Below are positions 1 to 11,020 of a stretch of 64,000 nucleotides of DNA, one piece after another. The notes below the pieces were generated by a model, which was given only the letters and a program-made list of their open reading frames with translations, did no database searches and was not told where the DNA came from. Position numbers and translations under genes: made by a program. Source of the stretch: Azolla caroliniana (Eukaryota > Plantae > Polypodiophyta). The stretch spans positions 17,794,001-17,858,000 of the forward strand of contig JBHGNT010000018.1 of the NCBI GenBank assembly GCA_043228905.1, in the 5' to 3' direction. Position 1 is the stretch's first letter. The number at the start of each line of letters is the position of its first letter.

Positions 1-2392
1 ATTCAGTGGCGAAGGCCGTCTTGTGTTGATCCTCAGGCACCACCGATATTTGGTTGTACCCCGAGAACCCATCAATGAAGCTATAAGCTTTCGCTCCCGC
101 GATTCTTTTGAGTAAATGTTCGATGTAGAGTATCGGGTAGTTGTCCTTGATGGTGGCTTCGTTGACTTGGCGGTAGTCGACACATATGCGGATTTGGCCG
201 TTTTTCTTCGGGACGACTACGATCGGGGAGACCCAAGTGGTTCGTTTGATCAGGTAGATGATGCCTACGTCTAACATTTTGTTGATTTCAGCTTTTACTT
301 GTTGGGCGTAGTTAGGGTTCATTGGGCGCGGCCTTTGTCAGATTGAGCGGGTGTCGGCTCGCATGGGGATACTATGGGTGACGACCTCAGCCGAACCCCT
401 TTCATATCTACGTACGACCATGCGAACACGTCGCTAAAATCCGGGAGGGGGGTGATCAAGGACGTCTCCTCGTCCGACTGGAGATCTGTGGCTATGAACA
501 TTGGTTTGGAGTCCATCCCCTTCCCAAGGTTGATTTCTTTAACCCTCGCCGGTCCGTCGCATACCTCACCTAGGCTTTGAGGGGTGCGTTATGGTCTCTT
601 ACAAGCCACTGCCCGATTCAATTGTTCATAAAGTTTGAATTGCTCTGGGCAGTCCACGTCTGTCGAGGTCTTTCGAGTGGTCGCAGTCTCATCTTGACAT
701 GTGACTCGTTGTGCCAAGTCTTCGTCTTTTACGTCTACTTGTTTTCGCTGGGGTACGAGGGTGGTGACGTTCAAGCAAGAGATCGAGTCTCCATCCTCGT
801 CGCAACACTTCGTACCAATGGGATATATTGCATCGATCGTGGCGAGAGCGTGTACCCAATTCATCTCTGACGTATCGAAAGCTACGGATTGGTCTTCTCT
901 TTCTCTTGCATTCTCCGCTTTAGGATTGGCGGATTTTTGGGGGAACGGTTGGCCCCTGGCCAAGATCTGAATTGTTTTTGTGGGGTTTCACGCTAGGAGG
1001 TTGGTCTCAAACTCAATGGTTTCTGACTAGTCGTCCACGAGAGGGTTGCCCTCTTGTTCATGCACTCTTTGTGTGTATGCTTTGATGCGGAAGGTTTTGT
1101 TGTTTTTACGCATATAGATTGTATCATTCCCAACATCCATTACCAGGCGGCTTACACGTAGGAATGGTCTTCCTAGTAAGCACTCGTAGTCCACATGATT
1201 GGATGATCTTGTGACGACAAAGGTGAGATTGAACTCGACTCCGTGGATAGTGAAGTGATGTGTAGGGATCATGCCTTCTGGCCGTTGGATGGACCCATCT
1301 TCCATTCGTAGTTTGACATCTGAAGGAAGCATTTTTGGGCTCCTCCACTTACACCAACATTCATAGTTGACGATACTCACCAACATTCATAGCTGACGAT
1401 ACTTACCCATGCTCTGGAGTCAATGATTGCATCACACGTCGTACCATTCACGTAGACGGGTAGAGTGAAACTGGTATCGTTCCTCTCAAAGTGAGCTTCG
1501 CGTATATCGACTAGTGGTCCTTCGGGTTCCTTGAGGACTGTGGACGTACGAGGAATGTGGGTGTGTATCTTTTTGCCATAACTTGCTGATAGGCTTCCAT
1601 TGAGGCGGCGAAGGACGTTGTGCCATGGTTGGAGTCAAGTTTGAGTAGTTCTTCAAGTGTGAACTCTATTTCCTTAGCGAGGAGAGGTCGTAGTTGGGGG
1701 TTGTCGGCCACGAAGGTGCTAGTGTAGCTCTGTACTTCGCGTAATGTGAGTTGTAATTGTAAATTTAATATTTGTTGGAGCAGAGCTGTGTTGACCTCTT
1801 TGATCAGGTTAGGATGGCAGGTGGGAGGTGTATCCATGTGTTGGGGTGGGGGGTTTACCCATTCTTCGAGTTGGTCGAAGTTTAAGCTTGGGAGACTAAG
1901 CGATTTTTCGAACTGTTCGTGGCGTATGAGTTTAATGTACTCTTTGACCTTTTGTTTTTCAGCCACTGGGTTTGGGTATATGCTGCTAGGTGTGCCAGTA
2001 GCTCTTGGTTAGCGTTGACGGGTATTGTTTCTATGTCTCCCTCCGGTTCTTGATCTTGTTTTGAGGCACTGCGTGGATGCATTTTTTCTGGATTTTCGTC
2101 TCCTACGCATAGCCGCGGGGGGGCTTTGATCTTGGTATTTTAAGTTATGAGCTACTCTTTGAGCTCGTGTGATGACGATGGCGCCAACCGTTGATGTTAC
2201 GATAGATAACAGATTTGCACCAATCCTTTCCTTCTTTTCTGGGCAATCAGCTATTAAGTGCTCCTTACCACACCCTGGGTATGATGCTTCTCTTTGGAAC
2301 CACTCGATAAGGTTTTGTGACTATTGGGTGAGACTTTGCGCCGGTGGTTGTGGGGGTGTTTCGAGTGAGCAGTGTCGTGGTCGTTGTAGTAT
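1..2392 (-). pseudogene. E2 Ty3/gypsy gag(3' part)-protease-RT, degenerate; runs off the left edge
   Basis: Minus strand reads KKNGQIRICVDYRQVN...FIDGFSGYNQI...DQHKTAFATE (1-300), DVFAWSYVDMKG (~400-450), a protease-like AIIDS..SIV / CLLGRPFL region (1027-1440) and a Zn-knuckle-like CGKEHLIADCP (~2240-2280). Frameshifts and stops are present. Confidence 0.85.
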
Positions 2393-2733
2393 TGTTACCG
2401 ATTAGGAACACGGTCTACAGTCAGTCCTTCAACCTAGACCTCAAAGTGACTGCGTTGCCACGAATGGTACCGTCGTACCGTAATACTTAATGGGATACCT
2501 CCTGTATCCTATTAGCGTATAAGGGAGATGGCTACAACCGAACTCCTTAGGCCGTGCACTAGTAACCACACTGTCACTCACACCTACACTCTTATGATTA
2601 CGCTACACCACGAAGAATCACATACACATAGTAGATTAACTACAGATACGTGAACCATTTAAATGTGTTACGTTTTTACTATATTCTATATTACTGCGCT
2701 CTTGTCCGTCGGTTACTATTCCAAAGGACAACA
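2393..2733 (-). repeat. E3 3' LTR (341 bp, ~131-bp internal deletion)
   Basis: TG...CA ends; direct repeat of 35951-36422 lacking about 36209-36339. Confidence 0.9.
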
Positions 2734-2735
2734 CC

Positions 2736-2775
2736 TGGCACGCCTATGGGACAGTCCATGGCACATCGGACCCAC
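2736..2775 (+). promoter_or_regulatory. E3 second (antisense) PBS-like site at the PPT position
   Basis: TGGCACGCCTATGGGAC 2 nt from the LTR, then a 13-nt spacer, then TCGGACCCAC. Resembles the recalled complement of the tRNA-Arg(UCU) 3' end. Confidence 0.7.
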
Positions 2776-2779
2776 CCCT

Positions 2780-5388
2780 TTAATCTTCCTCCAAAATGGC
2801 CCTGATGTTTGGTTCTGCTCCGGTGTCCGGGTCTGGGGATGGTGTAGTGTCCGTAGGCGCGTCGTTGCGTGGTTCCACTACTTGCTTGGTAGGGCTTCCC
2901 ATGGTGTCGTTGGCTTCTTGTGTGGGCAATCCGGGCTCTGCTGGCTCATCTTGTGCTATTGTGGTTGGTTCAGCCGTCGGCCGGCTTGCGGTAGGTCGAG
3001 GTTCTGTCTCGTCTGTAACTTCCTCCGTGGTGTCAGCTGTAGTCGTACGCTCCGGTGAATGGGGTTGGGGTTCCTCTTGGTCGGCGGTTTCGCTTTCTAG
3101 TATCGCAGGGGGCTCCGCTTGCCGTTCCGTGCTGTCCACCATAGCGGTTATTTCCGGTGACATGGGCTGAGGTTCCTCTTGTTTGGAAGTATCCGGAATT
3201 GGTATCATGATGGATTCCTCGTTTGTTCGCGTGCTGCCGGCTTGCATGATCTGGTGAAACAAGTCCTCCTCACTATCACCAAAATCATCTAGTAGTTGCG
3301 CGAGTTCCTCGGAGTGTTGGTCCGCTAGCGTGCGATAGTCTTGCGCTAGGTCCTCGCGTACTGCCACAATGCTTTCCTCATTGAGCTTGTAGAACCCTCG
3401 GTCATCTTTCCTTCGGTTCTCCTAGTCCGCTTGGTATGTATGCAATTCTGCCGCTTGTGCGGCCCACGCCATCCAGCCTTTGTCTAGCACTGCTTTTAAT
3501 TGCATTGTAAACATCTCCCAATTTGTTTGAAGGAGTATGCGCACGTGGTCGGTTATTGCTTGGCAATGGTTGCGTGCTTCTTCTACGGTTTCCTTGAGGT
3601 TTTCGATTTCTTGTTTACTAACCGCCGCCACTTCCTCATAAGTGCTCTGCATTCCTGCCCATAGCTGAGATTCCTTCGAATGTAATTCCTCCAACTTTCC
3701 CATTTCATTGTTCAGGCAGATTTTGAGTTGATGCCTCCTCTCCTGTTCCCCTACCAGCTGCTTGCTGAACCATGCTTTCTTCTTGTCTAATAACGCCCGG
3801 AGTCCCGTAATCGCTACTTCCGATTTTTTCGCTTCCTCCTGTAGTTTGGCTTTTTCTTCTTTCATGCGGGTGTGTTGTGTTGCCTCCGCTGCGAGTTTCT
3901 CTTCAAGGGTCTTTATTGCCTTTCGGCCGTTGGCCTGGATGTCCTTTTCTTTGTCCAAGGACTGGCGAAGTTCAGAGCGGAGACGGTCAATCTCCGATTC
4001 CACCAGTTGCATGGCCCTTTTTGCTTTCGAGGCAATGGGGGTCTTAGGGCCCCGGTGGTGTTGGTTGTTGGTTGAGCTGCCTGTTGCGCCGTAATTGCGT
4101 TACGTTCCAACTCCGCGATGTGTGCGTTGGCCTTTTGTAGCTCGGCTTGGGTTAGTTTAACAGTCTTCCAGACATTTTTATTTTTAATCGCCATATCCTT
4201 GGTGCCCATACTGACCTTCGCCAGTTACCTATGAACTTTGACAAGAGCCGCTGACCTTCGCCATCCCCATTCGGCGTATATTGACGTTCTGTTGTCTGTT
4301 GACTCTGGCTAACTACTCCTCATCATCGCTTTCCACCATTTGTGTTAGCGCGCGCTCAATCATTTGGCGCTCCGCGTGCTCCTTGGCCATTCGTTGTGAG
4401 AATTTTATTTGTTGTGTTGCCAAAAATTCCATGAGTTCGAAAGTGGTTCCGAACTGTAATAGTGCGCCGAACTCATGGGTCGTGTCCGGAATGTCCGGAT
4501 ACGCCAGAACCTCGCTTTCCGATATGACTGGGCCGTAATGATCGGTCGTGGTTCCCGGATTATTTCGAAGGTGGTGTTGGTCTCCGTAGCTACAGAGTTG
4601 TCGACCACGGTTGTCGTCTCTATGGCCGCGAGTGTGTCTTTAACTAACCCGCGCCCATCTTTCCTATCCAGCCTCCGTCGTTTCAGCCTCGGGCTTCCTT
4701 GACTTGGCTCGGCTTCTAGCTCTTGCGCAACTTCCTCACTATGCTCGCCCGCTCTTCCTATGTTTTTCACGTGTTTGTCTGGGCTGATTGGGGTTCATCT
4801 TCCCACTTTGTGGTGGCCAACTCCGCTAACCTTCGCTTTGCGGATCGTGGCAGCGGCGTGGGTTTGTTGGGTTGCAGTGCTGGCAATCCTCGGGGTGGGA
4901 ATAGTATCATGAGATATTGTTGTATGATAGGCCTTAGCTTTTTTCCTCCTTGATACGCGTGCAGGCTTTCCCGTAATGACCCCCCAATCGACCATGTGCC
5001 CTTCAAAGGTATCAATGATGATACCTGCCTTCTGCTTGGGCATCCCATATGCATTTACATGTACGCATCCGACCTCCAATAGGAACTTGGTTATTTCGCG
5101 GAAAAAGGGGTCGGGGATTTCCTTCGTTCTGTATGCCTTGGCGGACGCCGAATATGGCCCAAAATATCTCTGCAAAGTTTCCACAGGAGGAATTTCAAAA
5201 TGGCTTTCTCCTAGTGATGACAGGTCAAGCTTTTTCCGGATGGATGTGTTGGTGACCGTGTTGATATTGAGCTTCCTAGCGATGTCCAGTGCGTCAGGGT
5301 AGGGAGGTGCCTCAGCGACTCTGATGTATCCATCCAAGCATTTCTCCACGAGCCATTGATGCAAGGCAGCAAAAATAGGTATCGGCAT
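2780..5388 (-). pseudogene. E3 extra 3' ORF (N-terminal domain, coiled coil, acidic/Pro-rich tail), fragmented
   Basis: ORF pieces 4795-5388, 4405-4770, 3913-4209, 3422-4012 and 2780-3367 are colinear with and homologous to E7 ORF pieces 17246-20244. Confidence 0.75.
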
Positions 5389-5732
5389 AGTCGGATGGTT
5401 AGGCTCGTGGCTAATGGGTGAGGATTGTTGGCTATGGCAAACTTGAGCTCTGTGATAGGATGGAGAAGAGGGTGAGGGAGGGGAGCGATGAGAGCGATGA
5501 GAGTTAGAAGGTTGGTTTCTGTACTATGCAGAAAACCTTCTATTTCCTTCTTTTTGTGGCCTAGGGTTCATTGGTCGGTGAGCCATCGTGGTGTCGCGTG
5601 TTCTTGGCCTAGAAGTCTATGCATGCCTTAAGTCCTTTTAATAGCGTCGCTATCTTCTCTTTCTTTTTCTTTTTTTCTTTTTTTTTTCATACAATATTCT
5701 TTTTACACTATAGTACAAATGGAGCCCCATAC

Positions 5733-5992
5733 TTACTCCGCGGATTTCCCGGCTTTGTCCTATCCGGCGGGGAACGGGTTAGGTGGCGTAGGTCCCAGAT
5801 AAGGTTTAAGGCGAAACCCATTCACTTTTTGTTGTAACACTTCCCCGGCCAACGTGCCAAGTTGAAACGTACCCTGTTACGCTCCCACTATCCAGTACGG
5901 GCCTATCCAACGGAATCTTAATTTTCTTGGCATATGCCCCATGCATGTTTGGAAAACTAATACCGCTTTCCCAACTGTAAAATCTTTTTCCC
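5733..5992 (-). pseudogene. E3 integrase C-terminal remnant (GPY/F region)
   Basis: GKAVLVFQTCMGHMPRKLRFRWIGPYW...FQLGTLAGEVL..VNGFRLKPYLGP matches the end of the E7 integrase. Confidence 0.8.
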
Positions 5993-6412
5993 GTGCATGA
6001 TCGGATTCCCGTTGAAAACAGATCATTTTCAACAGGATTTTCAATGGAAATCCGATGCACTGCATCGGATTTCCGTTCAAAATCACTGAGTTTCAACAGA
6101 AATCCGATGCAGTGCATCGGATTTCCGTTGAAAGTCCAATATTTTTCTTATGTTTTTTCATAAAACATTAATTTCCAATTGAAATCCGACTCAATGGTTC
6201 AGATTTTGTTGAAAATGTAATATCTTTTTATTATCTCATTGTTTTATGAAAAACCTAAAAGAAATTTGGATTTTTAATTGAAATTCGATGTAGTGCATTA
6301 GATTTCAGTTGGAAATCCACTTTTTTAATATATTTTTATTTATTTTTTGAAAAAATGAAAAACAATTGAAAAGAAAGAGGATTGCCAGCTAAAATCTGAT
6401 GCAATGCATCAA
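5993..6412. repeat. AT-rich fragment with repeated palindromic AATCCGATGCAnTGCATCGGATT units; probable truncated TE end
   Basis: Several copies of (t)gcatcggatttccgttgaaa and its inverse; truncated by the E4 LTR. Confidence 0.5.
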
Positions 6413-9400
6413 TGTACCGCCTAGTACCTCTCTCTCTCTCTCTCGCGTGGATGTGCGCACAAGACCACATCGCCTTTATACCTTAGGGATCTTATGGGGC
6501 ATTTCCAGCACCATACCCTTTTCCCCTATTATTATTACAAATACATTATGTACGTGTGCAACGTTGCACATCGCTCTTTGGCTCTCGTTGCTCGGGTTTC
6601 CGCTCGTGGACGAAAATCTTCACAACATCCGTCCCCACCTAACCGCACATCCACCGGTATGTGCCAAAACATAGGGGAGAGAACACGACGACCGGCCGAG
6701 TCCTTAGCATCCTCGTGGGCCCGCCCGGTTTTGTCCTCCACTTCGAGCAAGACCACCCCATCCACACGAACCACTGCCGCCTTCCAGTCCACCATCCTCG
6801 CCGAATGGTCTCGAACCGTCGGCGCCATCCGATCCGCCACACTCGACGATGTTCGCCGAGTCGTTGCCTCCACCCGATCCGCCACGTCCACTGTGGGTCC
6901 TTGAACCACCGACTACATCCGTCCCGCCGTATCCGATGCCCGTGCTTTCCTCCCCGTTCGGTCCTCTCGAATGTCGTCGCCGACCCGGTTGCTCTTCCTT
7001 TGTCCACCTCGTATATCCTCAGGATGCGCTCCCGGTCGCATGCCGGATTCCACCCTTTGCGTGCCGCACATCTCGGCGTGCCGATTCTCTCCGCTCCGCG
7101 CTTGCCTTCCGTAGGCTTTCCCCATTGTTCGCCGTGCTCTCTCGCGGTAGAGCGTACTGTCATCCGACCTCTGTGTCGGTGTCCCTCGAGGCTCTCGTTA
7201 CCGCTTCGCCTCGACTTGCGCCCTCTTGGCCCGCTTGGCCTTGCATGCCCTCCGGGAAGCCGCGCTACCTGTTCCCGGCGCATAGCCCGTTGCTCTCCGC
7301 ACACCTTCTTCAGTTCTCAAGACACGACTCTCCGCTCATGCCGATCGCGCTCGGCCCATGTCGTCGATCTTGGTGTTTCGCCGCACCGTCCTTCGTCCCG
7401 CGCTTGCCTCTCGAAGGCTTGACCCGACCGTCATCATCGGTCAATCGTTGTCGCCCATCCGCCGTATGCATGCTTGTGTCTTGGCCCTCCACCGGCCGTA
7501 TTGCATGCGTCTCATGTCGCGCTTCCGCTGTAGACCCGACCTCCGCGTCGGTCTCCAACTCCTCGCCGCCACCCACCGTTTCTTCGTTCTCCTTTCTATC
7601 CGCGACCGCCGATGCCTCACGGGTAGGTGTGGAGGGTTCCTCCCACTCTCGGTCCACCACCGAGTCCTCGCCTCTCAAAGGCTCAATCGGTCCACCGTTT
7701 CTGGTCACTCGTCGACGCTCTCTCGGATGCATGCTCGTTCTTGGGCCCTTCACCGACCGTAATGCATGCTTCGTGTTACGCCCTTCGTCCGTCGTAGACC
7801 CGACCTCTGCGTCGGCCACTTCTTCATTTGTCACCGTAGCCCGTTCCGACCCGGGCTCGCCATCTTGGACCCGCTCATCCATCATCTCATACCGGATACC
7901 TGCTCCGATAACTTTGTCCGCTTCGGCCTCCGACTCCTCGCCGCCACCCGCCGTCTCACCGGTCTCACGTTGATCCGCAACCGCCGAAGTTTCTAGAATG
8001 GGTGTGGAAGGTCCCTCTCGCTCTCGGTCTTCTAGCAAGCCGCGATCACCGTGCCCACTAGGCCTCCTCAATACGCTCACCGGCTCTCGTCGCGTGTTGT
8101 GACCCGTCCTCCCCGATCTCCAATCATGCCGACTTAGCCTTCGCCCGGATCGGTCTCGGACGATTGAGTTCCGGTTTGGTCGGCTCCCTTCCGTAATCGT
8201 AACCGGCCGGTACATGTTTGTCCGCGCAAATCCGGCCTTGCCAGTTCTTCTTCGGTTTGGGCCCGGTTTACCGGACCCCACTTCACCCTTCTTCCGCTCC
8301 GCCTCCCGGTCGGGTCGGATTACCGACCGGCTCATCTTTCGGTTGGGTCGGTTCCCGACTCGCTCCTCGATGCCGCTCCGGACCTCTCCTTCAGCCTTTT
8401 TGCACATGCCCACTCCGGGCCTCTCATCCTCACGGCCACCGCCCATCTCTCCGGTCTTATGTCCGCGCTCGGGCGCAACCGCCGAAGTCTCCGACCCCGG
8501 TCTCGAGGGATCTCGCCTCCGTCCGCTACAAACCTCCTCTTCGTCATTTCGGTTGCCCGCCTTGCCGCTGCAACCATCCGTCTCTCTAGGTCTCACACTG
8601 GCTCTCGGGCCGGTTGCCGGAGTCTCTAGGACCGGTGTGTGGAAGGTCGCGGCACTGCCACTTGTCTCCTCGTCCCTCGATGTTTCGGGCCGCCATGTCC
8701 CGAATCCGTAGTTACCGGCCTCCATGGCCGTCCATTCGCCGCAAGACGAGAGAGTCGCTCTTTTCGCACCCTCTCCCATGTCACCATCGTGGTCACCCGC
8801 CTTGCTGCCGCCACCGCCCGTCACTCTAGGTCTCACACCGACTCTCGGGCCGGTTGCCGGAGTCTCTAGGCCCGGTGTGCGTAAGGTCCCGGCACCACCG
8901 CCCGTCTTCTCCCCGCTCGATGTTTCGGGCCTCCATGCCCGAACTCGCTCATGTCCGCTCAAACCGGCGATCGCCACCTCACCGTCCCCGACCTCGTCCT
9001 CGGTCGATCTTTCTCCGCATGTCGAGAGGGTGGCTTGCTCCGCACCCTCTCCCATGGTACTGATGTACCATTCTCTTTCAGCCTCCTCATCCTCCGATCC
9101 GCTCAGCCCCGACTCCGCAATAAGCCCCTCTTCGGCTTCGATTTGTGCCTCTACGATCTCGTACGCTTCCCGCACCAAGGCTTCGATGTCGAGCTCCTCC
9201 GAACCGATTTGCGTTGAGCTCTCTTCCGGCGGTAGTGCGTAGTCGGTCGCCGCTCTCTCTTCTCCCCCACTCGCGGGCCGCGTTGTGGCCGACCGCCTCT
9301 CATCGCATTGTATGCACGCCCATTCCACCTCGTTCCAATCTTCGATGAGGCCATACGCCCCTTCATCGTCTTCGAGGTAGGGAAAAATGGCCATTCTCCC

Positions 9401-10417
9401 CCTTTCGTTGACCGACTTCAAGAAAAGTGGGACCTTGTCCGCCCCCACCGATTCTTGATCCCGGACCGAAAGTTGGGAAAACCGGAGATCGAACTCCCGG
9501 AATGCCTTCATTGTGCTTCGAGGAGCCTTTGCCGATGACACCCATAGATCGAACTCGCGTCGATCGTACTTGTACGCCTCTTCCCGTCTTTCTCTCCTCC
9601 TTGCGAAATCCCTTGCCATTCTCGTAATTACTTCCGCGATGTCTCCGGCTTCCATCTCCTTCCTCCCTTGCTGCCTCTTCACGTCGGGTTCACCAAATAT
9701 GTCGCGTTGCTACGCGCGTGCGTGGAGAAGGGCGGGACCACGGGGGTCTTGGACTAAGGAGTAGAGGAGAAGAAATCGGGCATGGAATGGAAGCTTTGCT
9801 CAAGAAGAAGAAGAATGAACAAGAGATTAGATCGAACAAGAGGAAGATGGAGACAAGATTATCAACAAGATATATTAAAACGAAAGGAACGATTACAAAA
9901 CGATGGCCGTGTAGGCCGCACCAAACGACTACTCGAAACCCTAACCGACGAAGATGAAGAAAAGACAAAGAAACCCTAACCCTAACCCTAACGCTCGACC
10001 TATGTGGTATACCTCGCACACTCAAAATAGGCAACCCCCACAATGGTGCCTTCCCTCTCCTTTTATAGCACGAGGGAAGACCGTTTACAAAAACGAGACT
10101 AAAATATCCCCTTTCATTCAAAGGGGATATTTGCCTTGATTTGGGGAGGGTGAGATTGATGGCCCCTTAACTCCCACCTCCTCACAAACAACTAGGTACT
10201 TATGTACCGCATAGTACCTCTCTCTCTCTCTCTCGCGTGGATGTGCGCACAAGACCACATCGCCTTTATACCTTAGGGATCTTATGGGGCATTTCTAGCA
10301 CCATACCCTTTTCCCCTATTATTATTACAAATACATTATGTACGTGTGCAACGTTACACATCGCTCTTTGGCTCTCGTTGCTCGGGTTTCCGCTCGTGGA
10401 CGAAAATCTTCACGACA
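6413..10417 (-). mobile_element. E4 non-autonomous LTR element (~4 kb, 215-bp LTRs, no pol)
   Basis: LTRs at 6413-6627 and 10203-10417 (4 differences seen). Purine tract AGGTGGGGACGGA on the minus strand at 6628-6640. Flanks ATCAA and ACGTG do not match. Confidence 0.85.
7310..9682 (-). CDS. E4 790-aa ORF: gag-like N-terminus followed by GC-rich repeated low-complexity segments
   Basis: The N-terminal AFREFDLRFSQLS...LFLKSV...DWNEV segment resembles retrotransposon capsid helices. Internal duplicated blocks include WRPETS...ETPATGPR (x2) and TDAEVGST-like (x2). Confidence 0.55.
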   Translation of the reverse strand: MKRQQGRKEMEAGDIAEVITRMARDFARRRERREEAYKYDRREFDLWVSSAKAPRSTMKAFREFDLRFSQLSVRDQESVGADKVPLFLKSVNERGRMAIFPYLEDDEGAYGLIEDWNEVEWACIQCDERRSATTRPASGGEERAATDYALPPEESSTQIGSEELDIEALVREAYEIVEAQIEAEEGLIAESGLSGSEDEEAEREWYISTMGEGAEQATLSTCGERSTEDEVGDGEVAIAGLSGHERVRAWRPETSSGEKTGGGAGTLRTPGLETPATGPRVGVRPRVTGGGGSKAGDHDGDMGEGAKRATLSSCGEWTAMEAGNYGFGTWRPETSRDEETSGSAATFHTPVLETPATGPRASVRPRETDGCSGKAGNRNDEEEVCSGRRRDPSRPGSETSAVAPERGHKTGEMGGGREDERPGVGMCKKAEGEVRSGIEERVGNRPNRKMSRSVIRPDREAERKKGEVGSGKPGPNRRRTGKAGFARTNMYRPVTITEGSRPNRNSIVRDRSGRRLSRHDWRSGRTGHNTRREPVSVLRRPSGHGDRGLLEDREREGPSTPILETSAVADQRETGETAGGGEESEAEADKVIGAGIRYEMMDERVQDGEPGSERATVTNEEVADAEVGSTTDEGRNTKHALRSVKGPRTSMHPRERRRVTRNGGPIEPLRGEDSVVDREWEEPSTPTREASAVADRKENEETVGGGEELETDAEVGSTAEARHETHAIRPVEGQDTSMHTADGRQRLTDDDGRVKPSRGKRGTKDGAAKHQDRRHGPSAIGMSGESCLEN

Positions 10418-11020
10418 ACGTGTTGCGTACCCGGTCGGTGCTGAATTACAAAGTTGAATTCTTGAAGCAACAACATCCATCTAGCCAATTTCCTCGTCAG
10501 CGCATGTTTCCCTACCAAATATAGCAATGCCGAATGATCCACGTGAAACGTGAATTTTTGCCCTAGCAGATAATGCCGGAACTTATTGATGTTGTAGATT
10601 ATACCCAACGCTTCACGTTCCGTTGTGGAATAGTTACACTCAGCCATTGATAGTTTCCGACTAGCGTACTACATTGGTCAGTACCAATTCGGCTTCGTGA
10701 GCTGCATTAACGCGCTACCTATTGCTATGTCTGAGGCATCCATGAACACGTGGAATGGTTTTGCCCACACTAGTGGTTGTACGACGGGTGCCTGCGTTAG
10801 CATTATCTTTAGCGCATCATACGCCTTCTCTTCCATTGTTGTCCATTTGAAAGGAGTACCATGAACGACGGCATGTAATGGCGTGGCGAAGTCCACCAAA
10901 TAGCGTATCATCCGACTGTGCCATCGTATTTTTCCCAGAAACCGGTTGAGTGCTTTCGCGTTTTTCGGTGTTGTCGCATGAGTAATCGCGGAGATTTTGT
11001 TCAGATCGACCACTTAAAGA

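Noticed and set aside
6399-9764. Many overlapping plus-strand ORFs (e.g. 6849-7973, 6661-7422)
   Set aside because: Shadow ORFs of GC-rich E4 sequence with no domain motifs.
9971-9991. Telomere or interstitial telomeric array
   Set aside because: Only about 3 AACCCT units inside E4; too short.
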